Shown here: piece after piece, positions 1-10,418 of the stretch
Position numbering within the stretch: the stretch's first letter is position 1
Layout of the letters: every line of letters starts with the position of its first letter
From: an uncultured delta proteobacterium
Lineage (GTDB): Bacteria; Myxococcota_A; UBA9160; SMWR01
Reading direction: 5' to 3'
Assembly (NCBI GenBank): GCA_963832165.1
Contig: CAWHTE010000001.1
Span: 416,001 to 480,000 of the forward strand
DNA length: 64,000 bases
Made by a program: the position numbers and the translations under genes
Notes under the pieces: model-generated
Told to the model about the DNA's origin: nothing
The model's database searches: none
The model's input: only the letters and a program-made list of their open reading frames with translations

Positions 1-646
1 GGGCGCTGCCGTGCTCGTGGTGGGCGTGCTGGCCTGGTGGCTCCAGACCCGACCCGCACTGGTCGTCGATCCCTCGCCGCTCGCGACGCTTCCGCGCGAC
101 GTCGGCTCGTGGCGGAGCGTCGACCTGCCGCTCGACTCGGCCGTGGAATCGATCCTGCGCGCCGACTTCAACCTCCAGCGGGCCTATCTCCCCGACCCGG
201 TAGCCGAGCCCGGCGGCACGCCTGTCTGGCTCTACGTCGGCTACTACGGCACCGAACGCGGCGGCCGGCCCGAGCACACGCCGCGCGGCTGCTACACGGG
301 CGCGGGCTGGGACATCGAGTCCGCCCGGGTCGTCGACGCGGGAAACGGCTCCGAGAGGCGCATCAACGAGTATCTGGTCGAGCAGGCGGACCAGCGTCAG
401 CTCGTGCACTTCTGGTACCGGTCGTCGCGGCGCTCGGGCATGGTCGGAGGGGTCGACCAGCGACTCGATCAGATCTTGGGGCGCCTCTCGGACGGCAGGG
501 CCGACGGCGCGCTGATTCGACTCAGCACGGTCCTGGACCCCGGTGGCGAGTCCGAGGCCCGCGCGCGTCTGCTCGCGCTCGGGAACCAGCTGGATCACCA
601 GCTCGCGCAGTATTGGCCCATCGAGCGACCCCGGCGCGACCGCTAG
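1..646 (+). CDS. epsI: EpsI-family exosortase-associated domain (5' partial, may be the C-terminus of an exosortase-EpsI fusion)
   Basis: TM segment, then LPRDVGSW, VWLYVGYY, HTPRGCYTGAGW, VHFWY and DGALIRLS, all typical of EpsI; adjacent to EPS genes. Confidence 0.8.
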   Translation, partial: GAAVLVVGVLAWWLQTRPALVVDPSPLATLPRDVGSWRSVDLPLDSAVESILRADFNLQRAYLPDPVAEPGGTPVWLYVGYYGTERGGRPEHTPRGCYTGAGWDIESARVVDAGNGSERRINEYLVEQADQRQLVHFWYRSSRRSGMVGGVDQRLDQILGRLSDGRADGALIRLSTVLDPGGESEARARLLALGNQLDHQLAQYWPIERPRRDR

Positions 647-658
647 GATCGTCCGCCG

Positions 659-1852
659 ATGCTTGGCCCTGCGACGGCGCCCCAGCTCGCGGCACGCGGT
701 GTCGTGGCGTTCGCAGATGTCGACTGGCAGGGGACCTGGTACTCGCGGCACCAGATCCTCTCGCGGCTGGCGCGGATCTGTCCGGTGGTGATCGTCGACC
801 ACCCCGCAGAGGCCCGTGACGTCCTCGCGGGCAGGGCGGCGCGCAGGCGTCCCATCCTCGCCGAGATCGCGGCGAATATCTGGAGCTACCGACCGCCGCG
901 CTGGCTGCCGCGCGTCTGGCGGCCCGCTGCGGCGGGACGGCTGATCGACGCGCTTCGCGCTCGTCATCTGCGCGCGAGCGTGCAGCGGCTCGGCCTGACC
1001 GATCCGGTCTGGTACGCCTGGGATCCGCAGTACGCCGGCGAGCTCGCTCGGCTCCCCGAGCGCTTCACCGTCTTTCACTGCTACGACAAGTACGACGCCT
1101 ATCACGAAGCGTCGGTTGCTGCGGTCCAGGCGCTCGAACGCCAGCTGGTGGCGCGATCGAACCTCGTATTCGCGTCGTCGCGCATCCTCGCGAGCGACAT
1201 CCAGGAGCGCACCGGGCATCCGGTCCGCTATCTGCCGCACGGGGTCGACTTCGCCTACTTCCGCGAGCGCGCCGAGCGCGATCCCGTGCCCGCGGACCTC
1301 GCTGCACTGCCTCGGCCGCGGATCGGCTACGTCGCGCGGCTCGACGAGCGCATCGACGAAGAGGCGCTGCGCGAGATCGCGACGCAGCGCCCCGACTGGT
1401 CGCTCGTGATCATCGGCGGCGAGGCCTTCCAGTCGCAGGACGGACGCGCGCGCTTCCAGTCGCTGTGCGCGCTGCCCAACGTCCACGCGCTCGGGCAGAA
1501 GCCGCGCGCCGCGATCCCCGCCTACACGGCGGGATTGGACGTGTGCCTGCTCTGCTACCGCACCGACAACTGGGGCCGGTGGGTGCAGCCACTCAAGGCT
1601 TACGAATATCTCGCGTGCGGGCGGCCCGTGGTGTCGGCACCGATCGACGCGGCACTCGATTTCGGCGACCTCGTGAGCGTCGTGTCCGAGCGCAAGGGCT
1701 GGATCGCCGCGATCGACGCGGCGCTGGCCGCAGACGGCCCGGAACTCCGCGCGCGCCGGATCGAGTTCGCGCGCGCCAACAACTGGGATCAGCGCGTCGC
1801 GGACCTGGCGGCCCAGATCGAAGCGGGGCTCACGCGCGACCGCTCGCGCTGA
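659..1852 (+). CDS. Glycosyltransferase family 4 (TuaH-like)
   Basis: YLPHGVD, RPRIGYV and PLKAYEYLACGRPVVS motifs. Confidence 0.85.
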   Translation: MLGPATAPQLAARGVVAFADVDWQGTWYSRHQILSRLARICPVVIVDHPAEARDVLAGRAARRRPILAEIAANIWSYRPPRWLPRVWRPAAAGRLIDALRARHLRASVQRLGLTDPVWYAWDPQYAGELARLPERFTVFHCYDKYDAYHEASVAAVQALERQLVARSNLVFASSRILASDIQERTGHPVRYLPHGVDFAYFRERAERDPVPADLAALPRPRIGYVARLDERIDEEALREIATQRPDWSLVIIGGEAFQSQDGRARFQSLCALPNVHALGQKPRAAIPAYTAGLDVCLLCYRTDNWGRWVQPLKAYEYLACGRPVVSAPIDAALDFGDLVSVVSERKGWIAAIDAALAADGPELRARRIEFARANNWDQRVADLAAQIEAGLTRDRSR

Positions 1853-3038
1853 CGAGCTCTTCCCACACGGCGGTGATTCGTTCGACCGTGAGCCGTACGT
1901 CGAAGGCCATCGCGCGCTGCCGGCCGCGACGTCCGAGCTCCGCGCGCCGCGCCGGCGACGCGATCAGCTCCGCGAGTCGCGCAGCGAGCTCGCGGGGATC
2001 CGCCGGATCGAAGAGCAGCCCGTCGCCCGCGCCCACGATCTCTGCGGGCCCGCCCAACCGGGCCGCTACGACCGCCTTGCCGAGCGCCAGGCCTTCCACC
2101 ACGACGAGTCCGAACGGCTCGGGGGTCGTAGAGGCGTGAAGCACGACGTCGGCGGCGCCCATCAGCTGCGGGACGTCTGAACGGAAACCCAGGAACGAGA
2201 CCACCCCGTCGAGCCCGCGCTCACTCGCAAAACGGTGCAGCTCGTCGGCATAGCGGCGGTCGCTCTGCGGTGCCTCACCGACGATCCAGAGCCGAATGCG
2301 GCTGCGGAGCTCGGGCGCGAGCGCGTCGATCGCGCGCAGCGCCACATCCTGACCCTTCCACGAGCGCAGCAGCCCGACCAACACCACGAGCAGCGCCGAC
2401 TCGGGAACGCCGCGCTCGGCACGCAGCCGCCCTCCTTCGCCCTCGGGTCGCGGTGTCCAGCGCGAGAGATCGATGCCGTCGTAGACCTGGCGGATGGATT
2501 CCCGAGCCAGCCCTGCGCTCTCGAGGCTGTTCGCGACGTAGCGACTGATCGCGACGACGGCGTCGAAACGGCGCGTGAGCCAGCGCGAGGTCGCACCGCC
2601 CGGGTCCACGAACAGTCCCCGCGCGTGCGTGGCGATCGGCCGGCCCACGATCCGCGCTGCGGGGAGCCAGGTGTCGAATCCGACGCACGGCGAGTTGTTG
2701 AGGTGCACGAGATCGATGCGCTCACGGCGCAGGAAGCTCGCGCGGCGCAGGACCGCGCCCGGCATCTTTCCCGCGGTCGAGAGCTTGCCGAGCCAACCCC
2801 GAGTGAGCCGGCGCGCGCGTTCCGTCCGCCGCTGCTCTTCCCAAACGTGCGTGGAGATGCCCTCAGCGCGCAGCAGATCGACGAATCGGTTCTGCTGGTA
2901 GAACAGCGCCACGGGCTCCCAGCACCGCCGATCGAGACGGGTCGCCAGGTCGTAGAGGCACTGGTGCGATCCCCCGACCGTTCCGTCTTCGTTGATCTCC
3001 ACGAGGAGAACGCGTCGAGGTCGTCCGAGTTCTTGCAT
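1830..3038 (-). CDS. Glycosyltransferase family 4
   Basis: GGSHQCL, KGQDV and EPFGLVVVEGLALGKAVV motifs; start trimmed to ATG 3038. Confidence 0.85.
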   Translation of the reverse strand: MQELGRPRRVLLVEINEDGTVGGSHQCLYDLATRLDRRCWEPVALFYQQNRFVDLLRAEGISTHVWEEQRRTERARRLTRGWLGKLSTAGKMPGAVLRRASFLRRERIDLVHLNNSPCVGFDTWLPAARIVGRPIATHARGLFVDPGGATSRWLTRRFDAVVAISRYVANSLESAGLARESIRQVYDGIDLSRWTPRPEGEGGRLRAERGVPESALLVVLVGLLRSWKGQDVALRAIDALAPELRSRIRLWIVGEAPQSDRRYADELHRFASERGLDGVVSFLGFRSDVPQLMGAADVVLHASTTPEPFGLVVVEGLALGKAVVAARLGGPAEIVGAGDGLLFDPADPRELAARLAELIASPARRAELGRRGRQRAMAFDVRLTVERITAVWEELVSASGRA

Positions 3039-3159
3039 CACCGTGATTCGGGTGGGCGAGTCTCGCAAAAGGCCGCCTGCCCGCAAAGGACGTTCGAGTG
3101 CGTGCCTGCTACAGCTATGCGTGCGTCGGCCCGATGGATCGCGTTGCGAGGAGCCCACT

Positions 3160-4041
3160 CTGACGCGCAACCCGAAGCTCTCGATCGGCATCCCGGTCTA
3201 CAACGGCGAGCGCTATTTGAGCGAGGCGATCGACGCTCTCCTCGAGCAGAGCTTCGGCGACTTCGAGCTCTTGATCTCGGACAACGCGAGCACCGACGCG
3301 ACCGAGCAGATCGCGCGAGCCGCGGTCTCACGCGATCCGCGCGTGGCGTACTTCAGAAACGCGAAGAACCTGGGTGCCGCGGCGAACTTCACCGCGGTGT
3401 TCCGCCGGGCGACGGCGCCCTATTTCAAGTGGGCCTGCGCCGACGATCGCATGGCTCCCGGTTTTCTCGACGCCGCGCTGCGCGAGCTCGACGCGCATCC
3501 CGAGGCCGTCGCCTGCTACGGCCAGGTCACCCTGATCGACGCCGAGGGTCGCGAGATCGGCCACTTCGAGCAGGGACTCGACCTGCGCTCGCCCGACGTC
3601 CGCGAGCGTTTCCGGCGCGCCCGCGCACACATGGGGCTCTTGAACGTGCTCCAGGGAGTGATGCGCACCCAGGCGGTTGCCCGCTGCGCGCCTCAGGGTG
3701 CCTACCAGGGATCCGATGAGGTGCTGGTCACAGAGCTCTCGCTCCAGGGCAGGATCCACGAGGTCTCCGCGCCGATGCTATTCCGGCGCATGCATCCGCG
3801 CGCGATGAGCGCCGCGAAGGGTTTCGAGCAGAAGCTCGCTCACCTCGATCCGGGCAAGCGCTTTTCGACCTACTACTGGAGCCATTCGATCGAATCCCTG
3901 CGCGCGATCGCGCGCGCGCCGCTCGCGGCGCACACCAAGCTGCAGCTCGCGGCGGGTGAGCTGCGCGCGATGATCACGCTCCGGTATCAACTGTTGCGCG
4001 AGCTGCGCGATGCAGCGGGGCAGCTCAGGCCCCGAATCTGA
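3160..4041 (+). CDS. Glycosyltransferase family 2
   Basis: LSIGIPVYNGERYL, ISDNASTD and WACADD; probable CTG start at 3160 behind GAGGAG (start uncertain). Confidence 0.85.
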   Translation: MTRNPKLSIGIPVYNGERYLSEAIDALLEQSFGDFELLISDNASTDATEQIARAAVSRDPRVAYFRNAKNLGAAANFTAVFRRATAPYFKWACADDRMAPGFLDAALRELDAHPEAVACYGQVTLIDAEGREIGHFEQGLDLRSPDVRERFRRARAHMGLLNVLQGVMRTQAVARCAPQGAYQGSDEVLVTELSLQGRIHEVSAPMLFRRMHPRAMSAAKGFEQKLAHLDPGKRFSTYYWSHSIESLRAIARAPLAAHTKLQLAAGELRAMITLRYQLLRELRDAAGQLRPRI

Positions 4042-5512
4042 GCCGCGCGGGAAGCAGTCGGAACAGGTCTGCGAGCGCCTCCGGGCGCAGCACCCAGATC
4101 AGCGCGGCGTAGACGGCGACTCCGAGCGGCACACACGAGAGCAGGAGCGCCAGATCGCCGGCGCCCGCGGCGCGCATTGTGAGCTCGAGAGCGGCCACGG
4201 CTACGGCCATCACCGCGGACGCCGAGACGGTCTTCGACAGCGTGGTCCACAGCGCGCGCATCGGCAGATCGACCAGGCGCAGCGCGAGCCAGAACGCGGC
4301 GTAGCTGATCGGGACCATCACGGTCGCATAGGCGGTCGCGACGCCGACGATGCCCCAGCGGGCTCCGACCACGTAGCTCGTCACGATGATCGTCGTATAC
4401 GTGACCGCCCACCACAGGCGCAGTGCGGCGTTGCCGGTCGCGAGGAATACCTGACCCGGCGTCGACACGATCGACTGCAGCGCACCCAGCGGCGCGAGGA
4501 TCTGTACGAGCGGGATCACCGCGGTCCATTGCTCGCCGAGCACCACGCGCACGAACGGATCCGCGACCATCGCGAGCCCCGTCATCATCGGGAACGCCGC
4601 CAGCGCGATCGCGCCGTTCGCGCGCAAGAACACTCTGCCGAGCGCAGCGCGGTCGTGCTGCAGACTCGCGAAGGTCGGGAACATCACGCTGATCAGGACG
4701 TTCGTGATCACCTCGAGCGGATACATGTAGAAGCGGTAGGCGTAGTCGTAGAGCCCGAGCTCGACGGTTCCCAATCGGCGTCCGATCACGAGGCGATCCG
4801 CGTTGCGCACGAAGTACTGCAGCCCATTGAAGCCGAGCACGCTGCCGCTGAACCCGAGCACGCTCGCGACTTCGCGCGTATCGAATCCGAGGCGCGGGCG
4901 CCACGGAGACGTCGACAGCAGCAGCAGGCTGCGCAGACCGGTCGCGGCCAGGTTCGGGATCACGAGCGACCAGACCCCGAATCCGTAGAGCGCGAGGCCG
5001 ATCGATCCGAGCGAGCTGACCACGAGGCCCGCCATCTCGATCGAGACCAGCCGCCCGAAGCGCAGCTCTCGCTGGAGGAGGCCCTCCGGCACGGTACCTG
5101 CCGTCGCGAGCGGGAAGATCGCCGCCATCGCGATCACGACACTCCGCACGCCGGGCTCGTCGAAGAAATCCGCGATCGCACCCGACGCGAGCGCCAGCAC
5201 GAGCCACAGCGCGCACCCGATCGCGAGACCGAGCGTGGCGAGGCTCCGCAGCAGGCCCTCCGTGAGCGTGGGGCGCTGGACGATCGCGGGCCCCGCGCCG
5301 AGCGTCGAGAGCAGCGAGCCCACCGCCGTGAACGTACTCGCCATCGTGGCCAGACCGAAGTCGTGTGGCGAGAGCAGATGCGCAAGCGCGATCGATACGC
5401 CCAGTCGCACCGCCTGCGTGAACGCCTGCCCGACGGCGACCCAGCGCACGCTCGAGAACACGCGGCCCGCGTCGGGGGCGCGGGTCGCGGCCGTCTCGTC
5501 GTCAGCACCCAC
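4025..5512 (-). CDS. wzx: Wzx/WzxC-type polysaccharide flippase (copy 1)
   Basis: Multi-TM 495 aa; LAHLLSPHDFG and ADRLVIGRRLGTVELGLYDYAY. Confidence 0.85.
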   Translation of the reverse strand: MGADDETAATRAPDAGRVFSSVRWVAVGQAFTQAVRLGVSIALAHLLSPHDFGLATMASTFTAVGSLLSTLGAGPAIVQRPTLTEGLLRSLATLGLAIGCALWLVLALASGAIADFFDEPGVRSVVIAMAAIFPLATAGTVPEGLLQRELRFGRLVSIEMAGLVVSSLGSIGLALYGFGVWSLVIPNLAATGLRSLLLLSTSPWRPRLGFDTREVASVLGFSGSVLGFNGLQYFVRNADRLVIGRRLGTVELGLYDYAYRFYMYPLEVITNVLISVMFPTFASLQHDRAALGRVFLRANGAIALAAFPMMTGLAMVADPFVRVVLGEQWTAVIPLVQILAPLGALQSIVSTPGQVFLATGNAALRLWWAVTYTTIIVTSYVVGARWGIVGVATAYATVMVPISYAAFWLALRLVDLPMRALWTTLSKTVSASAVMAVAVAALELTMRAAGAGDLALLLSCVPLGVAVYAALIWVLRPEALADLFRLLPARLRFGA

Positions 5513-5520
5513 GGCTGAGC

Positions 5521-7042
5521 CTACGCATCGGGAGTTCGCTCATGGAAGCCTCGCGATTCCCGCTTGGATGCGAAGCGCACGAGACGCAGGATGTCGTCGA
5601 GCGCGGTGGGATGCAGCGCCCAGACGGCGGCCATGTAGACGGCGACCCCGAGCGGCACGCAGACGAGCAACACACCGACGTCATCGACCCCCAGCGACTG
5701 CAGTGTGATCTCCGCGCCGGCCACGGCGGTTGCCATGACGAAGTTGGCGCCGATCGTGCGCGCGAGCGTTCGCCAGAGAGCGCCGAGACCGAGGTCGACG
5801 AGGCGCAGCGCGAGCCAGAATCCGGTCAGCGAGATGGGCACCATCACCGCCGCGTACGCGCTCACGACGCCGAGGACACCCCATTGCACCCCCCAGGAGA
5901 AGGTCGCGACGATGATCACCGTGTAGATCACGGCCCACCAGAGGCGCAGTGCGGCGTTTCCGGTGGCGAGGAAGATCTGTCCCGGCGTGGCGCTGAGCGA
6001 CTGGAGCGCGCCGAGCGGGGCCAGGATCCAGACGAGCGGGATCGCCGCGGTCCACTGCGGTCCGAGCACCACGCGCACGAATGGCGCAGCGACCAGCCCG
6101 AGGCCCGTCATCATCGGAAACGTGATCAGCGCGATCGCGCCGTTCGCGCGCAGGAACACGCGGCCCAGTTCACCGCGGTTCCCCTGCAACCGCGAGAGCG
6201 TCGGAAACATCACGTTGATCAGCACACCCGTGATCACTTCGACCGGATAGGTGTAGAAGCGATAGGCGTAGTCGTAGAGGCCGACTTCCAGGGCACCGAG
6301 CACGCGGCCGATGATCAGGCGGTCCGCATTCTTGGTGAAGTAGATCAACGCGTTGAACCCGAGCACGCTGCCGCTGAACCCCATCACGGTCGACACCGCG
6401 CCCGCATCGAATCCGAGTCGCAGGCGCCATGGCGAGGACAGGACCAGGAGCAGGCTGCGGAGCGCAGCGGCGGCGAGGCTCGGGACCACGAGCGCCCACA
6501 CGCCGTAGCCCGTCATCGCCATGCCGACCGCGCCCGCGGAGCTCAGCGCGAGCGCGGCCACGTCGATCGCGACGAGCCGACCGAATCGCAGCTCGCGCTG
6601 CATCAGCGCTTCGGGCACGAGCCCGAATGCCGGAGATCGCGAAGTTCGCCGCGAGCACCGCGGTCAACGTCGCGACCGCAGGCTCGCCGAAGAAGCGCGC
6701 GATCGCGGTCGAGGCGACCACGAACGCGAGCCACAGACCGAACCCGAGCCCGAGTCCGATCGTGGCGAAGCTGCGCAGCAGACCGTCCGTGATCGTCGGG
6801 CGCTGCACGATCGTCGCGCCCGCACCGAGCGTCGACAGGAGCCCGCCGATCGCCGTGAAGACTCCGGCCATCGTGATGAGCCCGAAGTCGTGGGGCGTGA
6901 GCAGCCGCGCTAGCGCGATCGAGACCAGCAGCCGCCCGCCTTGCGACAGGATCTGCCCCGCAGCGACCCAGCGCACGCTCCAGAAGATCCGGTCGGAATC
7001 GGGCGCGCGCTGCGCCGCGACCGATTCGCCGTCGGGGCTCAA
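5521..7042 (-). pseudogene. wzx: Wzx/WzxC-type flippase (copy 2), single +1 frameshift at about 6632 (possibly a sequencing error)
   Basis: N-terminal half (LARLLTPHDFG) is in the 6170..7297 frame and C-terminal half in 5521..6618; removing one base gives ...ISAFGLVPEALMQRE; TTG start 7042 behind GAGGTGG. Confidence 0.8.
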
Positions 7043-7067
7043 CCGGCCACCTCGCGCGCCCGACCGC

Positions 7068-8198
7068 TCACCCTGCGGCGACCAGCTCTCGCAGGTTCCG
7101 CGCGATCGGTGGAACGAGGCGGTCCCAGGCGAACCGCGCGGCGAGGGCGCGCGCCGCGCTCTCGCGCTCCGCGGGGGCAACCTCGAGAAAGCCCTCGATC
7201 GCCTCGACCATTGCGTGGGCATTCCCGGTTGGGAACACCCGGCCAGCGTTCGGATGGCCGAGCAACAGGTTCGTGAAGAACGGCAGATCCGAAGCAATCA
7301 TGCCCCGCCCGAGGGTTAGCGTCGCCAACGCACTGCCGCTCCCAGTGACCGATCGATACGGGAGCAGCACGAGGTCGCTGGCGCCGACGTAGTCGGCGAA
7401 CTCGTGCGCGGTCAGATGGCGGTCGATGGACCTGGCGTTCGGCAGCCGCTTCACGAGTTCCTTGACCTGCGTGGCGTAGGCCGCGATCGGCGAGTGTCCC
7501 GCGATCAAGAGCGAGATCCGCTCTCCAAGACGGGCCGCCGCCTCACATGCGAGCTCGACGCCCTTGTACGGGCGGATCTGACCGATGAAGAGTACGAGGG
7601 GCTGCGCCGGAGACAGCCCGATCTCACTCAGCACCGCGGTTCGCGGACGCGCGGGAGGATAGACACCGTCGTAGTTCCCGTGCTCCATGATCGACACCTT
7701 CCCGCGCGGCGAGTAGAGCGTCTGGCACCGCTCCGCGGAAGCAGCGTCGTGACAGATCACGAGATCCGCAGCACGGGCGAGCGAGCGGAAGGCGGCGCGC
7801 ACGGGCCAGGTCCGGCCCTCGTGGGGCTCGAGATTGTGACAGGTCCACACGATCAGCTTGCGGGATGCCCGTGCGGCTTCCAGAAACGCGCGGTACTCGT
7901 GGATCTGCAGCAGGGCGAAGGTCGGCTCCAACCGCGAGTGGAGGCGCCAGCCGCCCGGCACGGAGTCGAGGAAGCGCAGCCAATCGGGCGCCGAGCGGAT
8001 GATCCACTCGGGCCAGTGGAAGTGGAGAACGTCGAACGCGTCGCGATTCTCGCGCAGCCAACGACGCGACGGCACGAACGTGCCCGCCAGCTCGACGCCA
8101 TGCTTGCGCAATGCGTCGTAGAAGAGCCGGAAGTACGGATTGACCGCGGTCGCCGGCTCGCTCGACATGATTCTCACTGCGTTGGCGTCGCTCGTCAC
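7068..8198 (-). CDS. Glycosyltransferase family 4
   Basis: NPYFRLFY, HFHWPE, GQIRPYKG and VLLPYRSVTGSG; GTG start 8198 with GGAGA RBS. Confidence 0.85.
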   Translation of the reverse strand: MTSDANAVRIMSSEPATAVNPYFRLFYDALRKHGVELAGTFVPSRRWLRENRDAFDVLHFHWPEWIIRSAPDWLRFLDSVPGGWRLHSRLEPTFALLQIHEYRAFLEAARASRKLIVWTCHNLEPHEGRTWPVRAAFRSLARAADLVICHDAASAERCQTLYSPRGKVSIMEHGNYDGVYPPARPRTAVLSEIGLSPAQPLVLFIGQIRPYKGVELACEAAARLGERISLLIAGHSPIAAYATQVKELVKRLPNARSIDRHLTAHEFADYVGASDLVLLPYRSVTGSGSALATLTLGRGMIASDLPFFTNLLLGHPNAGRVFPTGNAHAMVEAIEGFLEVAPAERESAARALAARFAWDRLVPPIARNLRELVAAG

Positions 8199-8718
8199 CG
8201 CGTCTCCGAACCGATTCGAGCGGCCGTAGGCCTCGTTGCGCAGCGGGATGGAGCTGTGCGCACCAGCAAAGCTCTGTTTGCGCCCGCGAATCGGAACCAC
8301 GAACAATTTCAATCGAGTCCGAGAACTAGCATTCGGTCCAATTGCGCGAGGGGAGCGGCCGATCGATCCGACGAGGTTACCCGTCGCGAAGCGAGATGGG
8401 GTCGCGTCGTCACCGGATCGAGCCGATGAGGAGGCCAGTCGGCGGCCGGGCTGATCGACCGCCCGGCCTGGGTGCTGGCGAACCCCGTCGGAGGAGGGGG
8501 GTCAGGAAATCCAGTATATCCGCGTCCGGGAAAACCGGAGGTCATTTCGGTGATCCAGGTCACAAATCCCGAGATCGAGAAAGAGCGCGCGTTAGAGGCG
8601 CTGATATTACCCGAGGGGGTCCAAGCGGGCTGTACGGTTTCCGACACAGTGTCAGGACGGTCGTTAAGCAACGTTAAAAGTGTCTGTGACTATTTCACCC
8701 GGGGGAGAATGCCGACTG

Positions 8719-8724
8719 TATAAT
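8719..8724 (+). promoter_or_regulatory. Candidate sigma70 -10 box (TATAAT) in an AT-richer divergent intergenic region
   Basis: Perfect TATAAT about 280 bp upstream of the priming transferase; no convincing -35. Confidence 0.35.
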
Positions 8725-9001
8725 GTTTGCCGCCGTACCATTAGCCGAAGGAATAAACGTTACCGACCGAGTGTTCGCGCCCACCCATTGGATGATGGGG
8801 CAATCCGCCTCTGCGAATGACCTGACACCCAGTTGATCACCCGCCGCACCGCACCCATAGGGCCAAAACAATGATCACCCCCCCCGTCCCCGGCGCCTCG
8901 GCGCCGGTTGTGATCCCGGCATCGCTGCGATCGCCAGGAGTTCACACAACGCTCGTTGTTAGGCGCAATTCGCGCCTCGCGGTTCGCACCGGGAGGTCGC
9001 G

Positions 9002-10411
9002 ATGACCTCGATGCGGGGCGTGGTAGAGCGACATCGCGCATCGTACGCCCGCAATCCGTTCGGGGTACGCATCGCGCTCGTGATGGCACTCGACCTGGTG
9101 TGCCTGCTCGTGGCCGCATTCGTGGCCCGCGCGTGGGCCGAGACACCGGTCTCGAACGGGATCTTCGCGGCGGCGACCGCGATCCTCGGGGCGGGAACCT
9201 TCCTCGTGCTGCAGGCGACGGGCGCCTACGACCTCGTCACGATCCGCAGCAGCGCGAAGACCCGCGTCTCGCTGCTCCTGGCGATGGGGATCGGCTTCGC
9301 AGCCACGTTGGTGTTCTACTACGTCGTTCCGCTCCCGCAGAGCAAGGAGGCGCTGCTCCACGCCGCGGCGGTGTTCCTGCCGCTCTTCCTGCTGGAGCGC
9401 AGCGCGTTCCGCGCGGTTTCGAAGAAGATGCGCAACCGCATCGTGCTGGTCGGCCTCAGCGACGTCGCGCTCGCGCTGGTGCGCAGCATCAACGTGCGCA
9501 GCGACCTCGGACTCGAGGTCGTGGGCGCGCTGTCGGGCAACAACGAAGAGGACCTCGCCGACGCGCCGCACATCGACGGCCTCCCGATCCTCGGGACCGT
9601 TCACGCGGTCGAGAAGGTGATCAGCCAGGGCCTCGCCGAATGGGTCGTCGTGACCTCGAAGAGTCGCGAGGAGCAGCTGCCCGACGATCAACTGCTGAGC
9701 TTGAAGCTCCACGGCGTGCCGATCTTCTCGGGGGTCGCCCTCTACGAGAGGATTACGGGCGAGGTCTATCACCGCTCGATGCGCTCGTCCGTGTTGATCT
9801 TCGACGATCGGCTCGGCATGACCCTGTTCGAGCGCTCGACGAAGCGCGCATTCGACGTCGTCGTCTCTCTGGCGGCGCTCGTCGCCATTGCGCCGATCCT
9901 GCTCATCGCCGCGATCGCGATCCGGCTCGATACGAAGGGATCGATCTTCTTCCGGCAGACGCGCGTGGGCCGATTCCACAAGCCGTTCCAGATCGTCAAG
10001 CTCCGCACGATGGTGAGCGATGCCGAGAAGGTCACGGGCGCGGTCTTCGCGAGCCGCGAGGATCTGCGGATCACCCGCGTGGGTCGCTTCCTGCGCCGCA
10101 CGCGCATCGACGAGCTGCCCCAGTTCTGGAACGTCCTCCGGGGAGACATGAGCGTCGTCGGGCCGCGCCCGGAGCGCCCCGAGTTCCTCGACGAGATCTC
10201 CGAGCGCTTCCCGTACTTCCGCGTCCGGTCGGCCTTCAAGCCCGGCGTGACGGGCTGGGCTCAGGTCCGCGAGGGATACGTCGGTGACATCGCGGGCTTC
10301 GACCAGAAGCTCGCGCTCGACCTCTACTACATGCGCAACTGGTCGCTCTCGATGGACGTCTCGATCGTGTGGTCCACGGTGCGGACCGTGTTGTCGCTGA
10401 AGGGCGTCTAG
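9002..10411 (+). CDS. Polyprenyl-phosphate priming glycosyltransferase (exosortase/PEP-CTERM-system-type sugar transferase)
   Basis: N-terminal TMs; KRAFDV, RITRVGRFLRRTRIDELPQFWNVLRGDMSVVGPRPERP and KPGVTGWAQ. Confidence 0.92.
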   Translation: MTSMRGVVERHRASYARNPFGVRIALVMALDLVCLLVAAFVARAWAETPVSNGIFAAATAILGAGTFLVLQATGAYDLVTIRSSAKTRVSLLLAMGIGFAATLVFYYVVPLPQSKEALLHAAAVFLPLFLLERSAFRAVSKKMRNRIVLVGLSDVALALVRSINVRSDLGLEVVGALSGNNEEDLADAPHIDGLPILGTVHAVEKVISQGLAEWVVVTSKSREEQLPDDQLLSLKLHGVPIFSGVALYERITGEVYHRSMRSSVLIFDDRLGMTLFERSTKRAFDVVVSLAALVAIAPILLIAAIAIRLDTKGSIFFRQTRVGRFHKPFQIVKLRTMVSDAEKVTGAVFASREDLRITRVGRFLRRTRIDELPQFWNVLRGDMSVVGPRPERPEFLDEISERFPYFRVRSAFKPGVTGWAQVREGYVGDIAGFDQKLALDLYYMRNWSLSMDVSIVWSTVRTVLSLKGV

Positions 10412-10418
10412 CAGCCGG

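Noticed and set aside
8472..8723. 83-aa ORF in the EPS intergenic region
   Set aside because: Atypical codon usage, no RBS or recognisable motif, and it overlaps promoter-like sequence
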